DNA from: Candidatus Bathyarchaeota archaeon
GTDB lineage: Archaea; Thermoproteota; Bathyarchaeia; Bathyarchaeales; Bathycorpusculaceae
Reading direction: 5' to 3'
Assembly (NCBI GenBank): GCA_963826715.1
Contig: CAWGYA010000008.1
Coordinates: 576,001 to 640,000, forward strand
DNA length: 64,000 nt
The first letter of the stretch is position 1, and each line of letters begins with the position of its first letter. A program made the translations under genes and the position numbers. Positions 37,668 to 48,319 of this stretch are shown piece after piece. Under the pieces are notes generated by a model. That model was not told where the DNA came from, searched no databases, and saw nothing but the letters and a program-made list of their open reading frames with translations.

Positions 37668-38647
37668 TGCCACAAGTAATTGAATGGGCAAACATTGGAG
37701 CCGAAGACATCCTCTGGCGCTACCCCAACGAAGACATCACATGGGGCGCCCAACTAATAGTGCACGAATACGAGATGGCGGTGTTCTTCCGAGACGGCAA
37801 AGCCTACGATGTATTTGGACCTGGACGCCACACCCTAACCACCCTAAACTTGCCCATACTCACAAGCCTCCTCACAAGGCTAGCAGGCTTCGGCGGCAAC
37901 AAACCGTTTAAAGCTACGGTTCTCTTCATCAGCACCAAAGTGTTTGCTGGCAAATGGGGAACTCGAGCCCAAACCACCGAATTGGCACCTCTTCAAGTCT
38001 ATGGACAATTCTGGTTCAAAGTAGGCGATGCCACACTATTCGTTAACGAAGTTGTCGGCGGACAAAGCGCATATACAACTGACGGCGTTAACAACTTCCT
38101 CCGTGGCTTTCTCAACGAGAAAATAATCGACGAGCTCAGTCACTATGACCTTGTCACAGTCTTCACGCGTTTAGACGAAACCAGCGTCATTGTCAAAAAC
38201 ACATTAATTGACTACTTCAAACGAGTCGGCATCGAACTTACTGATCTGCGCTTTGAGGGCATTGACACCACTCCAGAATACCGTGAACGTCTCTTCTGGC
38301 TCAAAACAGGCCAAACCGCACCCGGCGACGTACTGCGCATGGAAACCGTAAAGAGCGCCGCTGCAAGTCTGGGTCAAAGCGGAGGCGGTGCAGGTGCACT
38401 CGGCGCAGGCATGGTGCTTATTCCCCAAATAATGAATCAGCAAGGTACATCCCAAGCTGCACCTGCAGCGGCGCTGGTTATATGCCCCAAATGCGGCGAA
38501 AAAGTGCCCGCCACAAGCAAATTCTGCCCCAACTGCGGAACCAACCTTACCCCTCCAAGCCAGCAAGCCATCGCCTGTCCTAAATGCGGAAAATCAATCC
38601 CCGCAAACAGCAAGTTCTGCCCTGAATGCGGACAAAAAATTGCATAG
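37667..38647 (+). CDS. SPFH (band 7) domain protein with double zinc ribbon
   Basis: QLIVHEYEMAVFFRDGK, GPGRHTLTTLNLP, KWGT; two CPKCG...FCP.CG repeats. Confidence 0.88.
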   Translation: MPQVIEWANIGAEDILWRYPNEDITWGAQLIVHEYEMAVFFRDGKAYDVFGPGRHTLTTLNLPILTSLLTRLAGFGGNKPFKATVLFISTKVFAGKWGTRAQTTELAPLQVYGQFWFKVGDATLFVNEVVGGQSAYTTDGVNNFLRGFLNEKIIDELSHYDLVTVFTRLDETSVIVKNTLIDYFKRVGIELTDLRFEGIDTTPEYRERLFWLKTGQTAPGDVLRMETVKSAAASLGQSGGGAGALGAGMVLIPQIMNQQGTSQAAPAAALVICPKCGEKVPATSKFCPNCGTNLTPPSQQAIACPKCGKSIPANSKFCPECGQKIA

Positions 38648-38997
38648 GACCACCAATTATGAGCGAGAGTAATCGGGAACTGTTAACCATCGGTGTCGTC
38701 ATCATCACCATCATTGTAGCGTCACTGCTCTATGTCGCCAATCTGATAAATTGGACATTAATTGTGCCTGTGATTCTGCTGCCTTCTGGGCTCTGGCTGA
38801 TCATACTAGGGGCAATTAGAATGGGCAACCCCGTCAAATATGAACGCACCCCCTTCAGCACCGCCGCGTTAGGTCTCTTGGCAATCGCCTTGGGAGTAGC
38901 ATGGATAGTCTTCAGCATAAACTGGCTTTACTCAATCATCGTAATACTGCTGGTTGCCGCTGGCTTAGCAATCATAACTGCACTCAAACGCAAATAA
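38626..38997 (+). CDS. Small four-TM membrane protein
   Basis: Hydrophobic helices; probable start ATG 38659. Confidence 0.7.
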   Translation: MRTKNCIGPPIMSESNRELLTIGVVIITIIVASLLYVANLINWTLIVPVILLPSGLWLIILGAIRMGNPVKYERTPFSTAALGLLAIALGVAWIVFSINWLYSIIVILLVAAGLAIITALKRK

Positions 38998-39073
38998 CAA
39001 CCTCTGAGCCCTTTTGCGGCTCTAAACATTTTTTTATCTCATCGCACAGTCAATTGGCTGAAGGCATGCTATT

Positions 39074-40678
39074 ATGAGTGAGGAAATTATCGGTCACGGT
39101 ACATGGTATGATTTGATGGCTAAGAAAGTCATCGAGCAAGAGCAAACCCTAAAACGCGACATGAACTGTGTCCGCACCGAAATGGGCTTAGGTGCATCAG
39201 GCTTTCCCCACATCGGCAGCCTAGGCGACGCTGCACGAAGCTACGCAGTTACGCTCGCGCTAAAAGAGCAAGGCGTCAACTCCACGCTGGTAGCCTACTG
39301 CGACGACAAAGATGGCCTACGTAAAGTACCCGCAGGACTCACTAAGCAAGGTCTAGAAAAATACCTCGGCTATCCCGTCTCAAGCATACCTGACCCGTTC
39401 GGATGCCATGAAAGTTACGGCAAACACATGAGCAGCTTGCTTTTGGAGGCGCTAGATAAAACCGGCATCGAATACAGATATTACTCCGCCAAAGAAGTCT
39501 ACGAAAAAGGCATAATATTAAACGAGGTCCGAACCATTCTCACTAACGCCCAACAAGTGGGACAAATAGTTAAAGAGGAAGTCGGGCAGGACACCTACAC
39601 TGAAGTTCTTCCCTTCTTTGCAGTCTGCGAAAAATGTGGGCGCATCTATACCACTCGCGCATATAACTTTGACCCAAAAACCGATAAAGTATACTACAAA
39701 TGTGAGGGGCTTGAAATCCGAGGCAAACTCCTCTCAGGTTGCGGGTACGAAGGCGAAGTAGACATAAAAACTGGCAACGGTAAACTTACATGGAAAGGCG
39801 AATTCGCTGCTCGATGGAAAGCGCTGGATATCCGTTTTGAAGCCTACGGTAAAGACATCGCAGATTCTGTTAAAATTAATGATCGCATCTGTCGCGAAGT
39901 ACTCCAATTTGAGCCGCCGTCGCATGCTCAATATGAGATGTTCCTCGATAAGGGTGGCAAAAAAATAAGCAAATCCGCGGGTAACGTGTTCACACCTCAG
40001 GTCTGGTTTAACTACGGTTCGTCTCAATCGCTTCTGCTGTTGATGCTTAAGCGTTTTGTGGGGACTCGTAGCCTCGACGTCTCCGACATCCCAACCTACA
40101 TGAACGAACTTGATTATATGGAGGATGTTTATTTCGGCAAGAAACAGGTGAACGAGAAAGAGAGGCAAAGAATAAGCGGACTGTTTGAGTATTGCTACTT
40201 GCTAAAGCCTCCAACCAAAGCAAGTATACATGTACCCTACAACCTTTTGGCGTTTCTCGTCAAAATGGCACCCAAGGAATGCTTGAATGACTATATTACA
40301 GAGAAACTTCAAAGCTACGGATACCTCCAGAAAAATCAGGGGTTGGATGCAGGGCTTCTACAACGTATAGACTACGCCTCAAGTTGGACACGGGATTTAG
40401 AGGAAATAACAGAAACCGAAGTTAAACTCTCCGCCGAAGAAAAGAAAGCCATAATCGAACTCAGCGGCAACCTCAAAGAAGAAGATGATGCAGACAAAAT
40501 CCAGAACGCCATTTTTAACGCCGCCAAAACCAACGGACTCAAACCCGGCGCTTTCTTTAAGGTGCTTTATCAGGTATTGATGGGCGCCCCTCAAGGCCCG
40601 CGGTTGGGACCTTATGTGTTAGCAATGGGAAAGCAGAACGTGGTGGCGGCTCTGGAGCGAGCTTCGCAGAAGAAATAA
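39074..40678 (+). CDS. lysS: Lysine--tRNA ligase, class I
   Basis: SGFPHIG (HIGH), KISKSAGN (KMSKS), FEAYGKD, GPRLG. Confidence 0.96.
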   Translation: MSEEIIGHGTWYDLMAKKVIEQEQTLKRDMNCVRTEMGLGASGFPHIGSLGDAARSYAVTLALKEQGVNSTLVAYCDDKDGLRKVPAGLTKQGLEKYLGYPVSSIPDPFGCHESYGKHMSSLLLEALDKTGIEYRYYSAKEVYEKGIILNEVRTILTNAQQVGQIVKEEVGQDTYTEVLPFFAVCEKCGRIYTTRAYNFDPKTDKVYYKCEGLEIRGKLLSGCGYEGEVDIKTGNGKLTWKGEFAARWKALDIRFEAYGKDIADSVKINDRICREVLQFEPPSHAQYEMFLDKGGKKISKSAGNVFTPQVWFNYGSSQSLLLLMLKRFVGTRSLDVSDIPTYMNELDYMEDVYFGKKQVNEKERQRISGLFEYCYLLKPPTKASIHVPYNLLAFLVKMAPKECLNDYITEKLQSYGYLQKNQGLDAGLLQRIDYASSWTRDLEEITETEVKLSAEEKKAIIELSGNLKEEDDADKIQNAIFNAAKTNGLKPGAFFKVLYQVLMGAPQGPRLGPYVLAMGKQNVVAALERASQKK

Positions 40679-40837
40679 TATACAGTTAAACAAAGTTGAC
40701 CGAAGTTTTATTTGACAGAAAATCTTACCTTTTCTTCGGCTAAAAAATCTTTTTCAATGATTTCCCTTTTCGCGGTCAAACCGCCAAATACCCGCAGGTC
40801 CCTTTAGTACTCAACAGAACAGAGGAAACCAAGAAGT

Positions 40838-40874
40838 AGAACAACAACAATTGGAAATCCTTTGTTGTTGTTCT
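40838..40874. repeat. Perfect 13-bp inverted repeat
   Basis: AGAACAACAACAA-N11-TTGTTGTTGTTCT. Confidence 0.75.
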
Positions 40875-41251
40875 TTTGAATTTTAACTTGAAGTAGAAAG
40901 AAAAAAAAATTTGAGAAGTTTTTTCTTCTTTCACCAGAAAATGCTTGCCTCTTGAGAAGCAAATTGAACTGTCAGTTTAGGCAAAATCGACTATTCCTAT
41001 TTTTTGAAATAAGAATACAACAACTAATCATAACCTTTTAGAAAAATAGTCCGATAACTGATAGCTGATGAATAACCATTTTTGTCTTTTATTTGGGCTG
41101 TGTATGTCAAATAATATTCAGGACTAAACAGGTCTATATGTCCATTTAGAGTTCTCTTTTTTGGTAAGGGGTATTATCGTCTAAACATGTGCCCTTCAAT
41201 TTTTGAAGGGTATATATTATAGTCTGTCTATTTTTGTATACTCTAGTGTCA

Positions 41252-41330
41252 GGGCCTGTCGTCTAGTACGGATTATGACACCGGCCTGCGGAGCCGGAGG
41301 TCCTGGGTTCAAATCCCAGCGGGCCCGCCA
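41252..41330 (+). tRNA. tRNA-Arg(GCG)
   Basis: Acceptor GGGCCTG/CGGGCCC, anticodon arm CCGGC-CTGCGGA-GCCGG, T loop TTCAAAT, encoded CCA. Confidence 0.95.
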
Positions 41331-41356
41331 ATTTCCATCCAAAGTAATAAAAGCAG

Positions 41357-42349
41357 TTGGCTTCTACTTGTCTGTTAAGCACAATGACAACGCCAAGCTT
41401 CTATTCCCCCCTTAAAATTGGAATCCTCATAGTCGCCGTTGCCTACTTTCTGTTCACTTTCCATGCCATGTTCACGCTTTCTTGGGTTGGTGAATGGGAA
41501 GCTTTCGGCGGCTCCCTGCGCCTAATCATTTTAGCTGAGGACGTCTCTGCAGCCATAGGAGTTGCTGCCAGACTGGTAGCCAGCGCCATCGCTTTGGGAG
41601 GGGCAATACTCTACTTTGTAAGGAAGGGGCTTCCAACTCAGCGGGTAAAGAAGCTTTTGAGACTGGTTTTGATTGGGGAAGCCTTTTATTGGCTAGGACT
41701 GCTAACTACCGCTGTTCTGACCTTAACTGGTACGCTTGACTTTACAGTCTGGCGTGTCAATGGGCACATCTCAACGCTGCCAATTTTAAATTCCATCTTA
41801 ATCTACTCATTGCCCTTGCTAATAGAATCCATTGTTATTCCCGCAGTCTTGTTCAAGCTATCCTACGAATTGGGCTCCAACAAACCAGCGAAGGGAGCTA
41901 TAAGGTGGGGGTTGATTGCGGGTACAGTTTACCTTCTGGTTTTCTGGGCTACCAGCACTTCCATCTGGATATCAACCGTGCTGCGGCAAGGAACCCAATA
42001 TTTGACTTCCTACCCCGAGAACCTGTTTAGCTTCGCCTTAACCACCATTGGGCTGCTTGCGCTGACGATCTTTACTGCTTACTTCACGAAAAAATCAGTC
42101 GGAACAGAAAACTTGGAAAAGCTTGGTATTCGAACAATCGGCGCCGTCATCACTGTGTTGGGCTTATTGTACCTTGCCAATTACCTGATCTGGCTTCTCT
42201 TTGGAAAGGACGAAACCTGGAGTTATTGGTACCTGTGGTTTCTGGGCAACATTAACTTGTGGCTGGTATCTGTTCCAATGGTGGGTTTACCGCTGCTTTT
42301 CAAGCAAAAGCGTTCTGTGCTGAAAACCCTTAAGAATAAAGAGCGTTAA
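41357..42349 (+). CDS. Multi-pass membrane protein
   Basis: About 8 TM segments; probable start ATG 41384. Confidence 0.75.
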   Translation: MASTCLLSTMTTPSFYSPLKIGILIVAVAYFLFTFHAMFTLSWVGEWEAFGGSLRLIILAEDVSAAIGVAARLVASAIALGGAILYFVRKGLPTQRVKKLLRLVLIGEAFYWLGLLTTAVLTLTGTLDFTVWRVNGHISTLPILNSILIYSLPLLIESIVIPAVLFKLSYELGSNKPAKGAIRWGLIAGTVYLLVFWATSTSIWISTVLRQGTQYLTSYPENLFSFALTTIGLLALTIFTAYFTKKSVGTENLEKLGIRTIGAVITVLGLLYLANYLIWLLFGKDETWSYWYLWFLGNINLWLVSVPMVGLPLLFKQKRSVLKTLKNKER

Positions 42350-42372
42350 CCGTCCTGTGATGTTGGGATGCT

Positions 42373-42633
42373 GTGGACGGGAAAGTGGTCTTTAGTTATA
42401 CTCAGTTTGATTTTGCCTGTCTTGATAGTGCCCCTTCTCAGTGTACTCTTATTTCCCGAAGTGCCCTAACCACCTCCATTCTGGGAGGTGCCCTTGCTTC
42501 CTTGGTTGTTGCCATCGGGCTTCGGCTTATACAGAGCGCAAAAGTATTCGGAACACGCTTCATCTTAGCCGTAGTAATCGAGGCTGTTTTGGTTGGTTTA
42601 CTGGCGGGTCTTGTGCCTAAATTCTTGTCTTAG
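42373..42633 (+). CDS. Small membrane protein
   Basis: Two hydrophobic segments; convergent stop overlap with next gene. Confidence 0.4.
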   Translation: MDGKVVFSYTQFDFACLDSAPSQCTLISRSALTTSILGGALASLVVAIGLRLIQSAKVFGTRFILAVVIEAVLVGLLAGLVPKFLS

Positions 42634-43208
42634 CCCCTAACAATCAGCCTCTTTGTGGATACAGAAGCCACCATCAGCACATTAACCGCTATCAAATAGG
42701 TAGGAAACGCCAACGCCGAGAAACTCCAAGTAGCTACCACAAGAAAACTCGTGATTGGGGCAACTGCACCGACGAGGAAAGGCCAGACAGATTCGGTTTG
42801 GGGTCTGCGTCGTGCTTTGGTTAGGGTGGGCACGGCGGCTAGGGCGTCGCTTAAGATGGCAAAGATGATAGCGAGGTTGGCTTCCGCAGTTGCAAACCAG
42901 AGAACCAGCGCCAGCCCAGAGAGGGCACCGCAGGCATAGTCGAACTTGATGGATTTCCAGTAGGCTTTTTTAGTGAAAAATGAAGCTGCAAAAATCAGGA
43001 AGGGGGAGAACCCTGACATGAAGACGGGGACAGCTGCCCAGTCTGCGCCTTCGGAGAGGGCGGCGGCGGTTGCGATAAAGGGTGCAACTGACCACATGAA
43101 CCACGTTACCCTATTGGGCATGGTTTGCCCGCGGAACATGCTACGTATGTAAGCAAAGGCGGCAAGCAGGGAGACGGCTGCGGCGAGGAGCACAACATAC
43201 TCATACAT
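42630..43208 (-). CDS. Membrane protein (PQ-loop-like repeat architecture)
   Basis: Six to seven TM helices; PNRVTWFMW and PTLTKARRRPQTES. Confidence 0.75.
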   Translation of the reverse strand: MYEYVVLLAAAVSLLAAFAYIRSMFRGQTMPNRVTWFMWSVAPFIATAAALSEGADWAAVPVFMSGFSPFLIFAASFFTKKAYWKSIKFDYACGALSGLALVLWFATAEANLAIIFAILSDALAAVPTLTKARRRPQTESVWPFLVGAVAPITSFLVVATWSFSALAFPTYLIAVNVLMVASVSTKRLIVRG

Positions 43209-43263
43209 AGCTTCCTATTGTGCGGCACATGTATTTTAGCAAAGTGATAAGCATAGATCCAGC

Positions 43264-43959
43264 ATGAATCCGCGAAAATCACAAACCCCTTTAGATGCCC
43301 CGCCCAATAATCCTTCCATGTCAGCAGCCGATAGAGACGATGGCTTCATGGCGCAATTCAAGTGCCCGACCGGCGCCCAAGGAAGAGAAGTTGCTGAATT
43401 AATGAACCGCGAACACAACGCTCTGACGGATTGGGGTTTGAGCTACGTTAAGGTTGAATCTGACTTTGCGGTTTTAGATGTGGGCTGCGGCGGCGGCAGA
43501 ACCGTGGGTAAACTGGCAGAACTCGCATTTAGGGGCTGGGTTTTGGGCGTTGACTGCTCAAAGGACATGGTTGAATTCTCGAAAGAGAGAAACCGAAAGC
43601 TCACTGAAGCGGGGCAAATACAGCTCCTGCAGGGTTCTGTGCAAAAGCTGAGCTTCCCCGACGGCGTATTTGACTTTGTGTTGGCTGTTGAAACTTACTA
43701 TTTCTGGGGCAATCTCTCTAGTGCATTCGGTGAGGCATACCGCGTCCTCAAATCGGGCGGAAAGCTGCTTTTAGTAAATGAAATGATAAAGGACGGCAGA
43801 TACGAAACAGAAAACGCCCAAACCATAGCACTAGCGCATGTGCATCTTCTATCGATGGAGCAACTTGAGGCACAGCTAAAGCAAGCGGGGTTTAAGGACC
43901 TCGAAATCTACAGGAAAACCCACTCGCCGTGGAATGCGCTGCTAGCCGAAAAAGCGTAA
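43264..43959 (+). CDS. Class I SAM-dependent methyltransferase
   Basis: VLDVGCGGG, GVDCS, FPDGVFD, RVLKSGG. Confidence 0.92.
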   Translation: MNPRKSQTPLDAPPNNPSMSAADRDDGFMAQFKCPTGAQGREVAELMNREHNALTDWGLSYVKVESDFAVLDVGCGGGRTVGKLAELAFRGWVLGVDCSKDMVEFSKERNRKLTEAGQIQLLQGSVQKLSFPDGVFDFVLAVETYYFWGNLSSAFGEAYRVLKSGGKLLLVNEMIKDGRYETENAQTIALAHVHLLSMEQLEAQLKQAGFKDLEIYRKTHSPWNALLAEKA

Positions 43960-44187
43960 ACAAAGCAGCTTGAGAAGTGAACCTGCCATTTAGCTTATAC
44001 ATTAGCAGATCAAAGCTTGTCCCCTGCTTGTGACAACCTGCTAGGAATCCAAATCAAACCCAGAACACAAAAAGCAACCCCCCTAAAAGAGCCCCCCCGA
44101 AGCATGTAGGCACAGAAATCACTTCCCCACAACAATAAGAACAAAAAAGAAATTCGATAAGGAGCTAAAGAAAAACCTCGAGAAACT

Positions 44188-45537
44188 TTGACTGTGGTAA
44201 AGTTAAATACCACATCCCCAGTTACAGAATTATTCCGTGTGACCCGCATGTTAGACATCAAGCTTATCCGCGAAAACCCAGACCTCGTTAAAGCAAACCT
44301 GGCAAAACGTAACGACCCCACATGCCTCCAGATGCTAGAAGACCTCATAAGCCTCGACAAAACCTGGCGGCAAAACAACACCAAACTAAACGATCTACGC
44401 CACAACCGAAAACAATGCACCATCGAAGTTGCAAAACTCAAAAAAGCAGGCAAAGAAGCCGACAGCAAAGTTGCCAAAGCGCAGGACATAGATGTAGAAA
44501 TCAAGGGCGCAGAGAAGCTGGTGTCCGAGCAGGAAACCAAAATCCGCGATTACCTCCTAAACCTGCCTAACCTTCTGGATAATTCGGTTCCAGTCGGCGT
44601 GGACTCCAACGATAACGTGACCGTTAAAACATGGGGCATACCGCCGGAATACACTTTCCCAGTCAAGAACCACATCGACCTCACATTGGCACTAGACCAA
44701 ATCGACATGGAACGTGCAGGCAAAGTCAGCGGCGCCCGTTTCTTCTACCTCAAAAACGAAGTCGCCATGCTCGATTTGGCTTTGATGAGCTTTGCCATCG
44801 AGGAACTAGACAAAAAAGGCTACACCGCCATCATTCCACCCTACCTCCTAAAGCACGACGCCTATGAAGGCGTAACGGCGCTTGCGGATTTCGTGGATGT
44901 GCTCTACAAGGTGGAAGGCGAAGACCTCTACCTAATCGCCACATCAGAGCATCCGATGGCAGCCATGTACATGAACGAAACCCTCAAACAAGACGAGTTA
45001 CCCATAAAACTCGCCGGCGCCAGCACATGTTTTCGCAAAGAAGCAGGCGCACACGGCAAAGACACACGCGGCATATTCCGCACACACCAATTCAACAAAA
45101 TCGAACAATTCATCTTCTGCAAGCCCGAAGACTCCGCCAAACTGCATGAGGAACTGCTGGAAAACGCCGAGTTGCTGCTCCAGAAACTGGGCTTAGCTTA
45201 CCGAGTAGTTAACGTCTGCACAGGTGACATAGGCACTGTGGCCGCCAAAAAATACGACATCGAAGCTTGGATGCCAGCGCAGAATGGTTACCGCGAAGTA
45301 GTATCCTGCAGCAACTGCACTGACTACCAAGCACGGCGTCTTGGTGTGCGGTATCGTGAAAAAGTAGGCGCACCACCCAAAGGCTTTGTGCATACACTTA
45401 ATTCAACTGCAATAGCCACAGGAAGAACCATCGTGGCGCTGCTGGAGAACAACCAAAACGAAGACGGCACAATAAATATACCCGAAGTGCTGCGCAAATA
45501 CATTGGCAATAGAGAAAAAATATGTAAAAAACGGTAA
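44188..45537 (+). CDS. serS: Serine--tRNA ligase
   Basis: MLDIKLIREN (likely start ATG 44248), LIATSE, CFRKEAG, FNKIEQF, EVVSCSNC, HTLNST. Confidence 0.97.
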   Translation: MTVVKLNTTSPVTELFRVTRMLDIKLIRENPDLVKANLAKRNDPTCLQMLEDLISLDKTWRQNNTKLNDLRHNRKQCTIEVAKLKKAGKEADSKVAKAQDIDVEIKGAEKLVSEQETKIRDYLLNLPNLLDNSVPVGVDSNDNVTVKTWGIPPEYTFPVKNHIDLTLALDQIDMERAGKVSGARFFYLKNEVAMLDLALMSFAIEELDKKGYTAIIPPYLLKHDAYEGVTALADFVDVLYKVEGEDLYLIATSEHPMAAMYMNETLKQDELPIKLAGASTCFRKEAGAHGKDTRGIFRTHQFNKIEQFIFCKPEDSAKLHEELLENAELLLQKLGLAYRVVNVCTGDIGTVAAKKYDIEAWMPAQNGYREVVSCSNCTDYQARRLGVRYREKVGAPPKGFVHTLNSTAIATGRTIVALLENNQNEDGTINIPEVLRKYIGNREKICKKR

Positions 45538-45564
45538 AAGTTTTAATACCGCTTTGAGAATGTT

Positions 45565-46245
45565 GTGGGTCGTCTTGGAGAAATTAGTTTGTCTTCAAAA
45601 TCAGCAAAGCACGTACGCGATAAATGGCGCGGTAAATCATGGTATATGGTGATCGCACCATCGTTCTTCGGTAACATAGAGTTAGGTTCCATTCCAGCCC
45701 AAGAAGAACAAATGCTAATAGGCAGAGTCGTCGAAGCCACACTATATGATATAACAGGCGACTTCTCTCATCATTACCTAAAAATGTTCTTCCAAATTAA
45801 CAGCATAGACGGAAAAACAGCAAAAACCCTCTTTAAAGGACACGAATATTCAAGAGACTACCTGAGAAGCTTAGTCCGTAGAAGAACTACAAAAGTTGAC
45901 GGATTATTTAACCTTGTCACCAAGGACGGCTTTAAACTCCGTATCTCAGTCTCAGCCCTTACACTTTCACGTATAAAAACTTCACAAGAAAAAATCATCC
46001 GGGAAATGATGGAGAAAACCATCAGAGCCAAAGCTGCAGCGTTAACTCTTGATCAATTCGTGCAAGAGATGGTTTTGGGCAAAATCGCCTCTGACATCTA
46101 CAACCAAGCTAAACTCGTCGCACCCCTCCGCCACGTAGGCATACGCAAATCGAAACTTGTTGCTGCCCCCGCAATTCTGCCGAAAGAAACACCGGTTCCT
46201 ACCCCAGCGCCTCAAGACGAAGAAGTCTTGACTCCAGTCGAATAA
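45565..46245 (+). CDS. rps3ae: 30S ribosomal protein S3Ae (eS1)
   Basis: DKWRGKSWY, GRVVEATL, DYLRSLVRR, PLRHVGIRKSK. Confidence 0.96.
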   Translation: MGRLGEISLSSKSAKHVRDKWRGKSWYMVIAPSFFGNIELGSIPAQEEQMLIGRVVEATLYDITGDFSHHYLKMFFQINSIDGKTAKTLFKGHEYSRDYLRSLVRRRTTKVDGLFNLVTKDGFKLRISVSALTLSRIKTSQEKIIREMMEKTIRAKAAALTLDQFVQEMVLGKIASDIYNQAKLVAPLRHVGIRKSKLVAAPAILPKETPVPTPAPQDEEVLTPVE

Positions 46246-46302
46246 ACAAATTTTTCTTTCTTTTTAGCGTAAACCGTTTTAGGTACATCCTATAAGTTAC
46301 CA

Positions 46303-47283
46303 TTGGTTTGTTATGCACCCTTTCACAGAAGTAACTTTTTTGGTGGTCCCAACTTGATCGCGGCTTTAGCTGGTGGTGTCGGCGCAGCAAGGTTTCTGAC
46401 TGGGCTTGCGCGTTGCATCCCTGAAGAAGATTTACGAGTTATCGTTAACACTGGCGATGACATTGAACTCTTTGGCTTACACATTTCGCCAGATATAGAT
46501 ATTATAACATACACTTTAGCCGGCATCGTGGATGAAACAAAAGGCTGGGGGATCCGAAATGACAGCTTCCACTTTATGGAGATGATTCGACATTTTGGTG
46601 GAGAAACATGGTTTAACATAGGTGACAGGGACTTATCAACCCACATCTATCGGACACAACAATTATCAAAGGGGAAACTACTCTCGCAAGTCACAGACGA
46701 AATTCGACGTGTATTGGAGGTGAAAACCAAGATTTTGCCCATGACAAACGACCACTTCGAAACCCATATAACCACGCCAAAGGGCAAAATACATTTTGAG
46801 GAGTACTTTGTTCGGCGTCAATGCAGAGACGAAGTTCTGGGAGTAGAATTTATGGGTGAAGCCACCGCCAAACCTGCCGAGGGGGTAATAGAAGCGATTT
46901 CAGATGCTTCGTTGGTTGTTGTTTGCCCAAGTAACCCCATAGTAAGCATCGGTACAATCCTCGCGGTTAAAGGTGTAAGGAATGCCCTTCAGCGAACAGA
47001 TGGAAAGGTGGTGGCGGTTAGTCCCATCGTTGCTGGCATGCCTCTTAAAGGTCCTGCAGATAAGATGTTACGTTGTTTGGGTGTAGAAGTTTCTGCGTTT
47101 GGTGTGGCACAATTCTACTCGGAGTTCCTGGATACGATCGTAATTGACAAGCAGGATACTGCCGAAAAAGAGAGGATTGAAGAGCTTGGGGTGCGTGTTT
47201 CTGTGGCCAACACTGTAATGAAAAGTTTAGAGGATAAGATTTTGTTAGCACAGGCTGTTTTGGCAGCTAAGACTACATTATAG
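46303..47283 (+). CDS. cofD: 2-phospho-L-lactate transferase (F420 biosynthesis)
   Basis: ALAGGVGAARF, VNTGDD, ISPDID, IGDRD, PSNPIVSIG, KGPADK; start probably TTG 46354. Confidence 0.93.
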   Translation: MVCYAPFHRSNFFGGPNLIAALAGGVGAARFLTGLARCIPEEDLRVIVNTGDDIELFGLHISPDIDIITYTLAGIVDETKGWGIRNDSFHFMEMIRHFGGETWFNIGDRDLSTHIYRTQQLSKGKLLSQVTDEIRRVLEVKTKILPMTNDHFETHITTPKGKIHFEEYFVRRQCRDEVLGVEFMGEATAKPAEGVIEAISDASLVVVCPSNPIVSIGTILAVKGVRNALQRTDGKVVAVSPIVAGMPLKGPADKMLRCLGVEVSAFGVAQFYSEFLDTIVIDKQDTAEKERIEELGVRVSVANTVMKSLEDKILLAQAVLAAKTTL

Positions 47284-47641
47284 AATAGTTTGATCTCCAT
47301 AGATTACGTTGATAGCCTAAATAGGGAAACCATGTATACGTGATTTTGTGGTGTACCATTGAAGCTAAAAAAAAATACAAAACGCAAAAGTTGAAGCAAC
47401 ATGGTATTTGGTCTACACTTAGAGAGCATTTGAGGGAGAGATATTGAAGCATAAACTATTGAAGTAAATAAGCAAAAGGTATAGATGCTGATCTACTGGA
47501 TTGGTTTTTGCAATAGATGCCTGTTTAGTCTAAAAAAAAACTTTTGAAGCATAATGTAATATGGGGTTATCATTGACTTTAAATGCCATAAATGGAGAAG
47601 GGTTATATCTACAATTAGGAATAATTGTCTATTAATCGGAG

Positions 47642-48319
47642 ATGGTGTTGGTGGAAAAAAAGAGTTACGATTGGTTTGAACAACGCCGAAAAACTCGCGG
47701 GTTAGAACTTGCCCATGAGCAGATAACCAAAGCGTTTGATACGGTAACGTGGCTGCAAAAAGCAACAAAAAGCTTTTCAGAGAAAAACTTTAAGGATGCT
47801 AAAAAATATATTGAAAACCTCTACAAGGCTGAGGAAGAAGTGGATACTCTTCGCACTGACGTGTTTATGGAGCTCTCAAGAGGTGCAGCGTTGGTAGCCG
47901 ATTACCGAGAGGACTTATTACATCTAGTTAAACGGTTAGATACTCTGGCGGATCATACCAAGGATGCAGCACGTTGTCTGGAGATGTTGCTCAACTCTGA
48001 AATTCCTCAGGAACTTTTGGAGAAAACTGTGTTCATGACTTCCAAACTGGTGGAGACTGCACAGACGTTGCGAGGTAGTATCGAGAAAATTTCCTCAGCG
48101 CCCAATGAAGCCATCCGTGAAGCTAAGAAAGTCGGTGAAATCGAACATGCCATCGACGAAGAGTACCTCAAATCTAAAAGCCTTTTCGTGAAGTATGGTG
48201 TAGAAATGAATTGCGGCGCCATGGTCATTTTTGATGATTTAATCGAGTTCATTGAGCAAGCCGCTGACATGTGTGCTGACACAGCCGACTATATCTTGGT
48301 GCTTTCAAGTAGAGAGTAA
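47642..48319 (+). CDS. DUF47 / PhoU-like phosphate transport regulator
   Basis: EEEVDTLR, REDLLHLVKRLDTLAD, EHAID, IEQAADMCAD. Confidence 0.85.
   Translation: MVLVEKKSYDWFEQRRKTRGLELAHEQITKAFDTVTWLQKATKSFSEKNFKDAKKYIENLYKAEEEVDTLRTDVFMELSRGAALVADYREDLLHLVKRLDTLADHTKDAARCLEMLLNSEIPQELLEKTVFMTSKLVETAQTLRGSIEKISSAPNEAIREAKKVGEIEHAIDEEYLKSKSLFVKYGVEMNCGAMVIFDDLIEFIEQAADMCADTADYILVLSSRE

Noticed and set aside
41203-41415. 70-aa ORF
   Set aside because: Spans the tRNA-Arg gene
44010-44540. Long antisense ORFs (also 677-1162, 36539-37084, 39734-40168, 53792-54223)
   Set aside because: Shadows of well-supported genes on the opposite strand, with no motifs of their own
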